Notes under the pieces: generated by a model
Databases searched by the model: none
The model's input: only the letters and a program-made list of their open reading frames with translations
Told to the model about the DNA's origin: nothing
Translations under genes and position numbers: made by a program
NCBI GenBank assembly: GCA_047495785.1
Contig: JBLDXI010000059.1
Span: 186,001 to 250,000, forward strand
From: Lepidodermella squamata
Taxonomy: Eukaryota > Animalia > Gastrotricha
DNA length: 64,000 bases
Reading direction: 5' to 3'
Part shown: positions 11,001 through 27,193 of the stretch, piece by piece
How positions within the stretch are numbered: position 1 is the stretch's first letter
How the letters are laid out: each line of letters begins with the position of its first letter

Positions 11001-13928
11001 CCTTCATTAGGCAACCGAACGGCTCGCCATAACCTGCGCAAAGATTGCATCTGACACGACAGGCAACAGGACGAGAAGTAGGTCGCCATCAGATGTTCGT
11101 CCTTAATTAGCGCACTAAGCACCTGGTAGTACTTGTTTAGGAACTGTCCATGATTTAGGCCTGTAGAATCAAAGAGGCGGCGTAAATCTGCCTTGTAGTT
11201 GCAGTTGGGCAACGTTTCGAATACATGCAGCGGGAACATGACATCTTTGCTATACGAGCACCAAAATTGACTGGATATAGCAGAAGTGTGCCGCTGAGTC
11301 CGCAGCTCGCGGTACCGCTTTACCGCATCTTTTCCATGAGGTAGCTTGTCGATAAATTCGAAAATGTGTTTCGGCAGCTTCCCGGTATACCGCTCATCGA
11401 TTATGCGAGCCTAAGTCGTGTAATTTAGCGGCTCGCCATTAACCCTGTAGCATTGCAGGATAATCTAGAACAGAGTTCGGCTAGGCTCGGTCGCTCACTT
11501 TGCCGAACAGTCGGGGAATGTCGGCAGCCCGCGTCTCATACGTATTTTTAGCTGACCACAGCATCGCCGACTCGGGGCTGTCTATAGCCAATAGCTCCTT
11601 GTTATGCGCCATCGCGACAAAGGCACGAGCGATCACGGCCTGTAACGATAGAAAATTGAATGAACAAGAACGCCATTTAAATTTAAGATTTGTTCGTTGA
11701 TGCGTGATTTGCCTTGCCTTCGCCTTCCTCAAAACATTACAGCGCATTACAGCGATTCGGGCGTCGGTATTGAAATAGTCTACGAATCGCTTCGTGTAGA
11801 CATTGCGAGGCACCGGATCGGCTGGGCGGAAAGGAGCAGTCAATAAAGGACGCTTAGCGGCCGCTGAACCGGTGACAACTTGCTGTTGCGGCGCATCTTG
11901 AAGCTGTATTGCTGCAGCAGCAGCAGCAGTAGGCCCAATAGGGTCGGTGCCGATAGACCGCTTCCGTCGCTCGTCGCTCGTCCAACCTGCGCGGGCGATC
12001 AGTCCGAATCTCCCAACGGTCACGATTCTTTTTGACCAAGAGATCGCCACGCATAGTGCCATTAAAGGCTAGCACCGTGCTAGCGCAGGTGACGAGAACC
12101 CCGTCAGGCCTGTGACGATAGAAAATGGATATTAAATGGAAAACGAAAAATTAAATAAGCAAGAACGCCATTTAAATTTAAGATTTGTTGTCTACTCTGC
12201 AGAAAACACAGCTTTTCACAACTAGTTGTATCTGATGAAAGGCTTTGGAGTATGATGGATCGATTCTCTGTCCAGTAATTAGGAATTTACCCCTCCGCTA
12301 CCTCTGTCTCCGAATCTTAAGGAAAACTTGGCGTAAAGTGCATTACATGTCGAATAGTAATGTGATTTCTAGATAAATTTGGTCAGATAAATCCTGTTTT
12401 TCATGTTTCCGTTACATTCATGATAACTCATGGTTAATTTTTAGTCGTCCAAAACCGGCCAAACATCGCCGTTCGCCTCCTGTCGGTACTCGGCGCTTGC
12501 CTCGAGCAATGCAGGCCGGCGTTTCCTCCTGCCATCGGTCTTATCCCGGAAATTCGCAGCATTTTCGACGATTTCGTCGTCTCTTCGATCGCCACGTCCC
12601 ACCCGGTCGTACGAGCTGCTGCCCTTCGTGTCCTCGGGCAGTGCTGCTGTATCGATCGCGACCTGGCCAGTGCTTTCCACTCGACTTTCATCGTTCAGCT
12701 GTCACTCGAGGTTGGCAACGAGTCGGATAGCGAAATCGCCGATGGCCCGATAGCTGCGATGAAAGTGCTGACTGACATCGTCGTTCGACATGGCTTTGAG
12801 GTGTTCTCCAGCGACTGCGAAATCGCAAATGCGATCGCGTGTAAATTTCAGTCGAATGACACGGCTGTTCAACGCGCGGCCGGCGAATCGCTAGCCCAGA
12901 TCCTGCTCAGTGGCCGTTGCCCACGTAAACAAATCGCGGCACTCATGTCGCGACTGGTTCATTTCTGGTTCGAAGCTGATCTGGCTGCCGGGCGCGACCT
13001 CGACCCGCACTCTGAATTGCTTCGAGCTTCACTCGCTGCTTTCTTCCGCATGTACCCGACGTTGTCAGCTGGAGCCCTTGCCGCATTTGCCGAGTCTCTG
13101 TTTCCTACCTTGCGTTTGGTTGATGAAAATGTGTAAGTAATTTTGTGGTTAACGCTTACTTTTCAAAAATTTCGCGTTTTCTCAGATTCTCGAAGGTGAA
13201 GCCTCATGCTGTCGCTATGTTTTTCGCGCAGAAGATCTCTCCCTTAACTAATCCAGACTTGCCGAGCGATATCCATTCGCAAGCTGCTGTTATCCAACAA
13301 AGCCTCGCCTTGTTCCTGCTTAATGCTGTCCTTGAAGTTGTTCTTAAAATTAAAGAACGCGAAGCTCAAGATAGCAGTGAGCAGCCAATAGAAAGCAGTA
13401 ACAAAGAAAATGAGGCGGAGAAAACGCAGCAAGGCAACGAATTCGATTCGGACGAAGAACCGTTGCGCAAAAACACGACGATCAAAGAAAGCGCGAAAAA
13501 GCCGATGAAAGACCCGGCTCAACATCGAGACGAGTTGTGGTACCGAGTTATCACCGTAGCGAGCTGCGGTTTCATCACTACAGTTCAAGTTGGTCCCAAC
13601 TCCAAACATTCCGCGCGCCTTCATGACCTGTACTCAATAACTTCGAGGTTAGCCTCCTTTACATCATAATTTTCCATTTATTTATTCTTATTATTTTAGG
13701 TTGCTCAAGGAGCAATTTGAGTGGAAAATACCGATGGCACTGATCAAACGACGATGCCGTAAAGACGTTGAGAACTTTGCTAAAAACCTCGCCGTAGCGC
13801 TCAACATTGAGCAAGCGCCTGTATCTCAAGTTGTCTCGGCTTCGAAAGACATCTCTTCGACGAGAGTTGAAGAGACCCTCTCAGCGACAACCATCGACCA
13901 AAATACGACACAGGCAATCATGGCTTGA
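8014..13928 (+). CDS. NCAPG: Condensin complex subunit 3 (CAP-G); exons 8014-8346, 8399-9527, 9580-9984, 12445-13132, 13186-13647, 13700-13928
   Basis: HEAT repeats RLTDRSPAVRQAAARAAWRLQDP, coil RVRLNEMRDDLDELLRLQRYEDAA, and Cnd3-like SHPVVRAAALRVLGQCC / AMKVLTDIVVRHG. All junctions are GT-AG and phase-consistent, including the 2.46-kb intron 9985-12444. Confidence 0.9.
10087..10232. mobile_element. Small non-autonomous element (Helentron/DINE-like) with telomere-like internal repeats
   Basis: Subterminal inverted repeat GTACCAAATT (10090) / AATTTGGTAC (10217) around CCTAACCCTAATCTAACCCTAACC. Confidence 0.5.
10625..12110 (-). pseudogene. Decayed, apparently spliced gene of unknown family, antisense inside CAP-G intron 3
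   Basis: ORFs 11239-10976 and 10966-10673 are in the same frame, separated by one TAA; the frame also extends upstream to ~11410. ORF 12062-11481 precedes it. Two similar acceptor regions at ~11640 and ~12110. Confidence 0.5.
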
Positions 13929-14372
13929 TTGATACCATCTCATCATTTCGTTTTTCTTATTGCATGTATGAAATAAAGCATGTCCGTTTTTCATATCTTC
14001 ATTTTTATTCATTCTCTCAATTTTCGCAATAAGGTTGGACCGGAGTGATGCACAGATGAATAATAGAATTTAAGAGACCTTGCGGAGTGTGGTCAGCAGT
14101 TAGATATACAAAATACTGGCTAAGGTGTTTACTCATATATTCAATTCAGATTTCTGTCATTATACGAACGTATGATAAATAATATCTTTAGTTATAGTAA
14201 TCCAACGATCAAATACTACTGCCAATATGTTATTGCAACGATGAAAGCGTTCAACACTAGTAACAAAAGGCTTACTGTCGCCATGAAAACGCAAAAATTT
14301 TGAAAAATGGGCAGCCACAAAAAAGAGAAAGAAAGCCCGCGTTACATAATAAACATCTGAAGGAGATTCCAC

Positions 14373-16171
14373 TCAAACGGCTTGGGGCTTAACGCTGCCG
14401 TTCTGGGAAAAGTCAGCGGGCTGAGACGAATTTTCGAGCAAAGGCAGAACCAAGTGTTTCTTTTCAGGGCTTTCGAAACTCGGCATGGTTTTCCGATGAG
14501 GGTACTTGAGATAAGTTTGAAGGCCGATAGAAATGAACACGACAACCAGGCCCATCATTCCGAGACCTGTTATTTCGTGGCCGTAGATGAGGCAACTGAG
14601 GAAAATGGCAAGGGCCTGGCGAACTGTCATTATGCTGACGAACACGACGGCGCCAAAAGACGCGATCGTGTAGTAGATAAATAGGCTACCAACTGCGCTG
14701 GAAATAGCCAACAGGACAACGTGAAGCGCGAATTCGCCAGATTCATTCATGAACTCCCATGCCTCGGAGAAGCCGCCTTGAACGAGGAGCGCCGTCGTAG
14801 TTAGCAGGGTGCCCCAGCAATTGATACCGGCCATCATGTCATACGACGAAATGTTCGGATATCGCCTGTGCAAGGAAAAGCAAGCAATTTAATGGAAAAT
14901 TTCGGCAAACAAATGTAACGTAAACAACAGCCCGGGCAAGTAAATTTTCCATTGCTATCGAGGCTAAAACATTCAGAGAAATTTGGTCTGACCCAGCAAA
15001 ATACCGAATGGTAGCCAATCGGGTTTATTCGGGTTTTCATCGGTCAAATCGCGGATAAACGATGTCAATTCGGGCAAAAAAAAACATTTCTACAAATCGT
15101 TGAAACCCCCAAAAATAGCTGCGCAATCCTAGGACACGGTGATACAAAATCCAGTACCTGAATAGTCGTTCCTCCCAATTAGACGTAAAGGCGTCAAAAG
15201 CCAAGTAGAGCGTCAGCAAAGCCATACCGGACATCGAAATAGCAATATGTGCTCCGTTGAGCTGGAAGTCGACTAGTGATGAGTCAGTAGATGTGACAGA
15301 AGAGTGCTTATCTGATTTGCGAACGCTTTCATTGCCGAATAGGAACAGCGTGACGCCCAGCGTCACTGAAATCGCGAACATGTACTCGCGGGACGTGTAG
15401 GTTTTGGCCTGGACACACCGACCCAGCAGCATGACCGCTATGATTTTCAACGTTTTACTGAGCACCTGCAGTGGGAAACTGACGTATTTCAGGGCCTCGT
15501 ATTGAAACCAAGTTGCCGTGATATTTGAGAGAGCTGCGTATAAATAGCAGTAGAATGGAATGTCGGGTTGAACGTTTGAAATTGCAGCAGACGATGGCGA
15601 CGATTGCTGCGGTAAGACGTACCGCTTCCGGAACCACAACGCAAATAGGGCAATTATGAAAGCAAGACTCCGGTTGCCGAAAACCAGAAACAGCGAATCT
15701 TTGAATTTTCGAGCTTGAGGACCGTAGCTGAGCGTAACCATACGTTCTTGTAGGATTCCCCAAGACAGGAAAGACAACTGAAGACCGGCCACGCAAATGC
15801 AGAGTTTCACAAGTGTGTGCCAGTTCCAGCAAGTTGTCAAATCTAACGAATGGCCGCCATGGCCGTGCTTGCCGTTGCCTTTAGTCGGAGCAGTCTGCGG
15901 CCCAGATGGGTCGCCAATCAACCACAGCAGAACACGGGATAACCGAGGATAATCTGAACGAAAAAAATTTCATTAATTTCAGGGAAGTTCGTTCAAGGTG
16001 GATTGACTTACTGAGCCGTAACTGGAAGAGCCATTTGTGGCCAAAAGTGACGAGAATTATGACAGGAACGACGACGATAGCGTAGGAGAAAGCATTTGCG
16101 ACGACTGTGTAGTACCACGAATGTGAATTTGATACTACGGAGTGATGAACGGTGGAGCCATCGTCCGGCAT
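14373..16171 (-). CDS. SLC35B2: PAPS transporter 1 (slalom-like); exons 16171-16012, 15953-15158, 14865-14373
   Basis: GLQLSFLSWGILQERMVT, FQYEALKYVSFPLQVLSK, FDAFTSNWE, FIYYTIASFGAVVFVSIMTVRQ; phase-consistent introns. Confidence 0.95.
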
Positions 16172-16463
16172 AATATAAAATAAAATCTAGAGGAAATAAA
16201 GTGAAATTACATTTATAGCAAAAGATTATATTCATTCGGAGCAAGAACGGCCCGGTTCACATCGTCAAATAATAACACAGACCATTCTGAGCCGGAAAGA
16301 AAACACAAATTATGAGCACGCGTATGTTGTTTTCGTAGAGTTGCATCGAGTCAGTCAACACAAAAACAGCGGACAACAATTTCAACACGAACTAATCGGT
16401 ACTATTATACTCTTATAGTAAAAATCGCACTTTGATTTCATGTGTAATGTGACGTAGGTATTA

Positions 16464-19143
16464 TTATTTGCTCGATGAAGAAGAACGCGATGACGAGCTT
16501 GAGCTAGATGCCGAGCTCGAAGATGAGCTCGATGACGAGTCAGACGATGAGGATGAGTCGGTAGACGGCGACCGTCTGCGAGCGCGAGAGTCATTTTCGC
16601 GGCGACGTGGTGGCGATCGGCGCGGCGGTGACCGGTTCCGCCCGGCGCCTGATCGTGTCCTAGGGGACCGAGACCGTGAACGGGAGCGGCGCTTTGTGGC
16701 GTCACGACGGCTGTCATTCCTCTGTCGCGACGACCGTCTCGGTTCACCTCGACGACTAGATCAGAAACAAGATGAAGGGATAAATTCGAATTTAAATAAA
16801 TAAAGGTGAATATTTGAAGCGGAAACAAACAAACTTGACGCAGTGAAAATATTATCCACGCGCCGCGATATCAATTTAAGGTTCGGCACGTGCTCTAACA
16901 ATAGAATAACAATAGACAAACGGATGAAATTTTGGCCTGATTTAGCAATCAAGAAGGTTGCCAAACCAATCTGGACAAAATTTTCGTTTCACGTAAAAAT
17001 TGTTTGTCGGTTTTCTGTTAATTTGATACGGTACAATAACGCGTAGAATTTTACAAGTTTCTTTTTCACGTAAAATTTATCCAGAAAAAAATCAGAATAC
17101 AAAATTCCTTGATCTGCTCCTAAATCAGTGTATTAAATAAAGAGTATTAAAACCGCAGGAATGCAATGACATTAAGAATGAAGGTACTTGAGCATAATAA
17201 GCAGGGTAAATCCAATAAGGCGCTAAATTATTATCAAAACGTGACCAGGTGAAAAAAAACTTACGCTGAGTCGTGCTCGCTAGCTCGGCCCCTGTCGTCG
17301 GGGTCTCGCCGTTTCGCCGCTGTCGAGTTATGAGGCTCTTTCGCTGGCTCCTTGACAGCCGCAGCAGATGGAATGACAGGCGTTTCTTTGTCGTCTTCCT
17401 TGCGCTCTGACTTGGAGCCAGCGCTGTTATTCGGGTCTGCCAACGCCGATGGTGTGCCCATTTGCGCGTTTTCGTCCACAAAAACCGGTGGCGTCGGCAG
17501 TTTCGCCTGCTGCGAGTCTTCAACCATCGGAGTCACAGGCGTCGGCGCCGGTAAATTGCTATCACTCGTCGCTGCCATAGTGCTGCTCTCAACAGTCGTC
17601 ATCGACTCAGCATTTTCTACGGTAGTATTATGCGCTGTTTCAGCCGAGTCCTCCTCAGTCTCGCTTCCGTCGCCATTCTTGCCATTATTTATAGTACTAT
17701 TGTTATTACCCGAAACAACTGGAGCAGAGGTGATCAATTCGGTTCCACCGGGGGCTGGTACTAAATCGTTGCTCTCCTCGCCGTCCTCGTCCGGCAAATC
17801 CGCGGATTCCGCCGACTCTTCGGGCATGAAACGGGAAGCTCGCGTTCGCTTCTCATCACCGTTATTGCTGTTGGACTTGTCCTGCGCCTTCTGCTCACCG
17901 CTGATCATCAAATCTGTGTCTTCCTCGAGTTCGCGCCGCTTTTTCGCAATCTCAGCATCAATTGCCTCGCGACTTTTCACCAGCATAGCGTCGGTTGCGG
18001 CGCTCGGTTTCGCCGGCAGCCAGCAAATCGACGGCTGGTGGGTGGTTCGAATGAAAAACCCCAGGGGTGAAACACTCTTCTCCCACATGTCGAATTCGCT
18101 CAACATGCGAATCTTCGTCTCCATTTCACGAACTCGGCGAAGCTCAGCCATTCTTTCTGTCTTGAGCTCTCGTGACTTGGCATCGCGTTCAGCCTTTTCG
18201 TTCCGCTCTTTCTCCTCGAGGCGTTGAGCGATCTCGCTGCGCTTCTTTTCAACTTCGGTATGAGTTTCCATCTCGTTTTTGAACTTCCGCAACGTTCCCA
18301 TTAGCATTGCACTGAATAAACGCCGATTCCGTTGCTGAGCCTCGTTGTCGGTTTGCTGCTTCGCAATTTGATCTTCGCGCGATTTTTGAGTCGGTGTCGC
18401 CGGTGTCGCAGCAGCCCCAGTTGCTGAATTTCGGTTGCTGACGACAATGGATGATTGCACCTTCGAATCTTCTTCGTCTGAATTTTGATCATCACTATCG
18501 CTTTGATTATCGTACTCGTGATCTTCGCGGTCGTCGTGCTCGTGGCGGCGGCGTTTCGCTGAGGTAGGGTCGTTTTTTTGCTGTAGAGCTCGGCGAGAGG
18601 TGGGTACTGCAACTTGACTGCCAAGCCTGCCGCCCGAAATAGCTGAAGTTCTCCTGGGTAAAGAAAAAATTTCATCTAAAAACGATGCTTCATTAGCGTA
18701 AAAACAACAGCTGAATAACAAACGAATCATATGACTATAGTCTCCTAAGTTTCAAGCTGAGTAAATAAGAGCAAACCTATGGGAATATATAATAAATTCA
18801 GCGAATCGATATAGCTCGCATATAGGGCGTAGACTACAACACAGAGGCGATTGTCATCTACTAGGGTAAAAATTGAATCCATAGGTAATACTGTGCTCTC
18901 TAAAGGGTTGTTACTATTTTTTCGGAGGGGGGTCAAGAAAATTCACCTTGCATTGGTTTCAGCTGGCCGGCCTCTCGATTGCTGCTGGCCTTGTCTGTTG
19001 CCAGCACCTCGACCGATCTGACGGGCATTATCGAAGCCAAGCTTCCGTATGTCTTCGTCGACGTTGTGAAGGCGTTCGCGTGCTTTTGCAAGCTCAGCTT
19101 GAAGAGTAGCTAACGATGCAGTTCCACCGCCTTCGACAGCCAT
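16464..19143 (-). CDS. PNN: Pinin (EJC/PSAP-associated SR-like protein); exons 19143-18947, 18653-17265, 16757-16464
   Basis: N-terminal LQAELAKARERLHNVDEDIRKL, core QRNRRLFSAMLMGTLRKFK and FIRTTHQPSICWLP, and an RS/poly-Ser tail. Confidence 0.92.
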
Positions 19144-20187
19144 AATGTTTTTAATTAATGATCTAAAATTATTATAAAAAAAACCGAGATTTCAACAACC
19201 ATTTTATTCCTGAATGTTCAATTCAACAAGATTGGGTCTATATGTATATGAATATTACTATTACAAGAATAATAATAATAATCACCAGCGCAATAATCGA
19301 TAAGGATTCCAGGCCTCGCTCGCAACGACTTTATCCGTCGAGGGGCGACACGACTTAGTACATCAGAGCGACTATGTACACGTTGTTGCTGTTGGTGTTT
19401 CATAGAAAAGCGAGCGTCGCGGCCTGGAATCAAACCGCGTAAAGGACGAAGCATGTCGACGGGAGCCTAACACCTGCAGTCACTGTACACGCTAAATAGT
19501 AGTAAAACGGACTCCTCGACCATTGTTCATCATCAAAATTTTGCAACCACAACAGGAAAGCGAGCGCTGCCAACAAGCTCGCGCGCAGTTTCTCATCATT
19601 TTTTCCGCTGAAAAATAAAAAGAATTTGAAAGAAACGAGAAAATGTAGCGACTGCGCAAAGAAAAGCCAGAATCATCGAATAACGCGAACGAGAAAACGA
19701 GAGACAACGCGACGCAAGAAGAAGAACGGGCGGTGTTCATCGGTTATTACAATAATATATATAGCTGTATCATATCAAGTTTATAGAGCCGATTTTCTTC
19801 AGATTTTTTCTTTTTATTTGCTTTGTTGTCCTTTTCATTTTTTAACCAGTTCAGGTTGGGCACAATTTTTTTTTCGTTTTTCATCAATCCGTATTTTTTT
19901 CGCGCCATTATGATGATTCCGAGCGGCTAATTATCAATTTTTTTTGTTACGTTTCATAAGTGTGAAAAACCGTAATTGATATCCGAGAATACAGTCGATA
20001 ACAAACAAACTCAAACAGTTGATATTTTTTTGCTGATGACGAAGATGTTGTTAGGGCAGACCAGCGTTTTCAAAGAGGAATTCATTTTTATGAAGTTTTT
20101 CGTCGTCAGAAAGCGTTTTGAACAATACATAATTAATACACGCCGACGAGAACTGAAAGATTTTTTATTATTGATTATTATTAATAT

Positions 20188-22789
<2,602 letters not shown>

Positions 22790-23390
22790 TTTAGATTATT
22801 CAAAAATCCTATAGCAAATGTGAAAGGCTTCGTAAGAATATTCAAACAAAAACAGCCAGATACCGTTAAATACCTTACATCTAACTAGCTATATAAATCA
22901 CGATTTACATAAATGGATTAAAACAATTAGCCGCAGTTCATAGATTTGGGTATTCTTACTGAACTAAACAGTAAACCTGCCAGCGATAGCGATCAAATAG
23001 TCAATCTATTATTATTATCTATTAGCATGTAGGAATGAGTACGGGAAAAATGTATGCCAGGCGATCTTTCTTCTTTCTGTTTCTCTTCCCGGTTAAGAGT
23101 GAGACTGAACACTGCAGCAATTCCAAGTTCAATTCTAAATGTCAGCCTCGAATTTCTAGGATTTCAAACTTAGAGCTATCCCCTCATCTTGATATCTAAG
23201 GCTCCGTGGTTTCGAATTTCGAAGTAGTAACTAGCTTCACAGAAACATTAAAGAGGAGCAAGGAAGGAAAATCGCACGGCAATCGATGATTCTTCGCAAA
23301 ATAAATACAAATGCACGATGTAGGATGTATAACATATTCCTATAACCTGGTGAACAAACTTTAAACTTAAAAGCGAGGACAAACAGAAAA

Positions 23391-23413
23391 TGATGATGAT
23401 GATGATGATGATG
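23391..23413. repeat. (TGA)n microsatellite
   Basis: Directly visible tandem TGA run. Confidence 0.85.
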
Positions 23414-23499
23414 ACGGCTTTCCACTTTCAATCCAATTATTCAGGGTTTCGCCGCTTCTACAACAGAGGCACAATTTCTTTTGGCAAGGTCACGCCACC

Positions 23500-24900
23500 A
23501 GGTTCTCTTCCTGGCCAACTCTCTCAGATGGACGATGTCTTTGTGGCAGAAAAGCAGAAAAGGTAATCCGAAAACTCCTGCTAACCCTCATCATCGAAGG
23601 CAAAACTCCGTGGCTTTTTCCGCGAGAGCGACTTTGCAAAGTTTTTTGGTTTTCACATATAATTTAGAAAATATCTTGTTAACATGTTATCATAAAGTTT
23701 TTCAACTCGAATTATGTAGTATTACAAATAATTCCAAAAAATGTGCCACTGTTTTGTGGGTGAAATCACGATGGACGCGGGTGTGTCAGCAAATAACCCG
23801 ATCGAAAACCGATCGAAAAACTGGTGAGGGCCGTGAAAAACAAAAGGTTGCGGCGAAGAGGTGACTGGAAACTCGATGAGAGTGCCAGTGGAGGATGCCA
23901 CTGATTGATAGCTTTTATTTAGCGGGCTTCGTGGGAAGCGTTGCAACCTTGATTTTGTCTGTTAACACTATTGGAACTATGTAAAGTATGCGCAAACTTT
24001 TTTGCCTCGTTTTTTTTAAGAACTCCATAACCATGAGGAATTTTGGAATGCGGTTCTCGCCAGTTGATTAGATGATTAGATCTAGCCTGGGGTAATCTTT
24101 CCTCAAATTTTCGTTTGAATGGGGTTCGGGAGAAAAAATTGATGATGAAAATGCTGTCCACCAACCGCGATTGTGGGTTTTTTTTATTGATCCGTGCCAA
24201 TTTTATGAAACCTTGAGTTTCGGAGATTTGTGCAATGAATGTTTGTTTCGGAAATCGGTGACTTGGATCCATCACGGACCATTTTGCTGTAATTTTAGAT
24301 TACTATTATAATCACATTTTTAATCGTTAAAAATGGATAAAAGTAACTCCGCAAGCAGCAAGCTTATAATGTGACTTTCTTCAGGCGAGTTAGAAACCAT
24401 AGGGTAAACGGGGTAAAGGTAAATTGGCATTCGGAAGTAGCTGTGGTCATTAACTTTGGGGTCATTCCCTGTTTAGAGTGATTATTGCTCTGCCGCGTTA
24501 CTTTTTCCAGCCGGATGGCTGCTGACAGCTTTTTGATGTTCTTTATTCGTAGAGTTTTTCGCTTCTGATAAACTGTAGTCTGGAAGGATCGAGCAACCGT
24601 CTCAGTTTTGTCCGACAATGGGAATCAGCGACTTTGAAGGGCCCCAGTCAGCCTTGAGACTAAGACTACATTTTAGTCTCAAGCAGTCAGCCCCCATGAG
24701 TAGGAATTGTAACATAATAAGCACTGTGGAACCAAACTGTCTTCATCGAAACTGAAGCGTAGCGTTTTTTCGCTCTCCAGTTCTTCCATTCGACTAATCG
24801 CGATTACAAAGCTTCTGATTCGATTTTCGACATCTTCTTTTCTAAAGACATCTTTAAAAGATTCCAAAAGACTCATTCGACCCGTTAGAAGTTAGAAGAG
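23500..24900 (-). mobile_element. Probable decayed non-LTR retrotransposon (reverse transcriptase) remnant between PAP and ZFPL1
   Basis: Fragmented minus-strand ORFs contain QGFIKLAR (QxGFxxxR-like) followed by LFADT (YADD-like) in RT order; many stops and frameshifts. Confidence 0.35.
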
Positions 24901-25146
24901 AAAACTGTTTCGAGCTATGGGGAAACGTTAGTAATAAATATGAAGAACGCGTTTAATGTGCAAAATCTATCAGTATGAATAGAGGCATTCCCCGTCTTGT
25001 GACGTTACTAACTGCTTCTTTTCTTTTTCATCTTCCCATGGACATGGTAGTCTCCATTTTTTAAGATTTGAGATTTGAGATTTCAAGGTGATTTTATGTT
25101 AATTTTTATCAATATAGTTTTCCTTGACGATTGATTACCTATCATA

Positions 25147-27193
25147 ATGGGATTGTGCAAATGCGAGCGGCGAAAAGTAACAAATCTATTCTGCTTCGAG
25201 GTAGGCGTCAGATTTTTGCCTGTATTCATACTATTTTAATATAATAATTCATATTTTCTTCCTATAGCATCGCGTTAACGTGTGTGATCACTGCGCTGTC
25301 GCTGACCACAAAAGATGCGTCATTAGAAGTTATTTAAACTGGTTGCAAGACTCAGATTACTCTCCCCATTGCGATTTGTGTAAAGAATCGCTTCTCGATG
25401 AGCGAACCGGCGAAACCGTACGCCTGCTGTGTTTCGGTTAATATTTCGCTGATTTTTATTGACGTTGATTGATCGTTGCATCCTTTTACAGATGTTTACC
25501 ATTGGCACTGCTTGAACAAATGGGCCATGAGCATGCCAGCCAATACTGCTCCTGCTGGTTTTCAGTGTCCGATATGCAATCACGGCATCTTTCCCGCTCC
25601 AAACGATGTTTCGCCTGTTGCCGTCGCGCTTCGTCAACTGCTCAGCACTGTTTCTTGGTCTCGCGCTGGCTTGGGGTTGCCTATTGTAAGCTAGAATAGA
25701 ATCGATGTAATTACGAACAAGTTAAAACTCGATTTTTTTTATAGCTGGCGTCAGATGGCAGTAACTCAACTGACGCTTTTCCCGAGAAAGCCGCAATGAC
25801 TTCAGCCGAAACTTCCTCTCATAAATCCCCTCCTTCGTCGCCAACTATGCGACAACAGTCACCAGTCCCTGTCTTGGCCGAGAGTGGATATTCCAATGGC
25901 TATGGCAATAATCACAACCATTCACCGGATTTCCAAATGAACGTGCCTCCGGAGCATCAACAATCGGTCACTAAACATCTGTTGAGTGCCAGTCGGTCCC
26001 AAGGACTTGACGGATTCGAGCAGAAACAAAGCTACGGCACGACGGAGAGGGACGACGAAAATACAAACAAATACAAACGGAAATCGCCCCTGCTGCTCTT
26101 GGCACGATGGTTGAGGTAAGTGCTTGTCGATTAGTTAGCAAGCTGGTTGGCAATAGAGAGGCGTGAGAATCAATAGCAGGAGCTCGCAATCTTGTTGTTT
26201 TCCCTACGCGCTGTCAAATTGGCCCGCTATGAAGCTGATTACTGTTTTTCTTGCATTATCTACCATGTAGCAAAGCGAGTGCATTTAACTAGTGTTGGAT
26301 GGTGTAGTGTTAGTTGGCGCGACTATTGTTGCTTCTGCTCGGCGAATTCAAGTGGTTTGGAAAGAGCGCGCATTATTTTGGCGAGCTGCGATGAATGCGA
26401 TCGCTTCGAGCGCGCCAATTACCGCGACCAGCCGCAATCGCGCGCTCTTTTGCGCAAGCAGCGCGCTCCTTTTTACGCGCATTCAATGCGATTGTCACGT
26501 TCTCAGCCGCCGACGTGCCTCGTGCCGCGCGTGGGACACGGGGGGCGGGCAGCCGAGCGTCTATCTCGCTCTGTTTATTGTCTTGCTACTAAAACATTGC
26601 TGTTTGTTTATTGTAGCCGAGGCTCTCTCGGGCTCAGAAAATACTGACCGAAGACTCGCGGTCTTGCTCGTCGTCTCAATTGACGAAATTGAAGGCCGGC
26701 TCTGCAACAATGACATCATTTGCTGTGCCGCCTGTTTATTTACCTTTGAGTCCTCATTACGCGCTTTTTACCTGCTCATGCGTGGCTGGCCGGCGACGCC
26801 GATGCCCGCACTTTTCATCCAGCTCGTTTTCATTCGCTTAAATTTAGCTCTCCTCCTTAATTGCGGGTTAATTTCTCCCTGTAGGCCAGGCTAAGAACGC
26901 GCGCGCGCGATTAGGTGCAAGTGTGTGTGTGTAAATTCTGTAATTTCCTATGTCAATTTCCTTTACCCAGCTTTGGTGCAACGAAGGCGCTGACACCTCG
27001 TGAGTTGACACTTCGAAGGCGCCGTCGGACCTACATGCTATTTGTACTCGTCGGAGTGGTCGTGTTCACGCTAATTTATTTCGGCGCCTCCTTCGGCCGA
27101 TCCGTCGCCGACTCGGACCCGCTGTTAGACCCGCGCGCCAACCCCCATATCCGGGTCGACTCGGCCGATCGCCACGCTGCCGTCATCGACTGA
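25147..27193 (+). CDS. ZFPL1: Zinc finger protein-like 1 (cis-Golgi); exons 25147-25200, 25268-25436, 25492-25685, 25745-26115, 26971-27193
   Basis: [56 protein letters not shown], a TM helix and the [14 protein letters not shown] end. Confidence 0.95.

Noticed and set aside
17352-18227. 291-aa plus-strand ORF, and similar shadow ORFs over CAP-G, ATF6, CTH and contactin
   Set aside because: Antisense shadows of real coding exons with no independent motifs.
26192-26894. Overlapping 151-aa and 200-aa ORFs in the ZFPL1 intron
   Set aside because: Non-ATG starts and no domain; GC-richness explains the scarcity of stops; ZFPL1 is complete without them.
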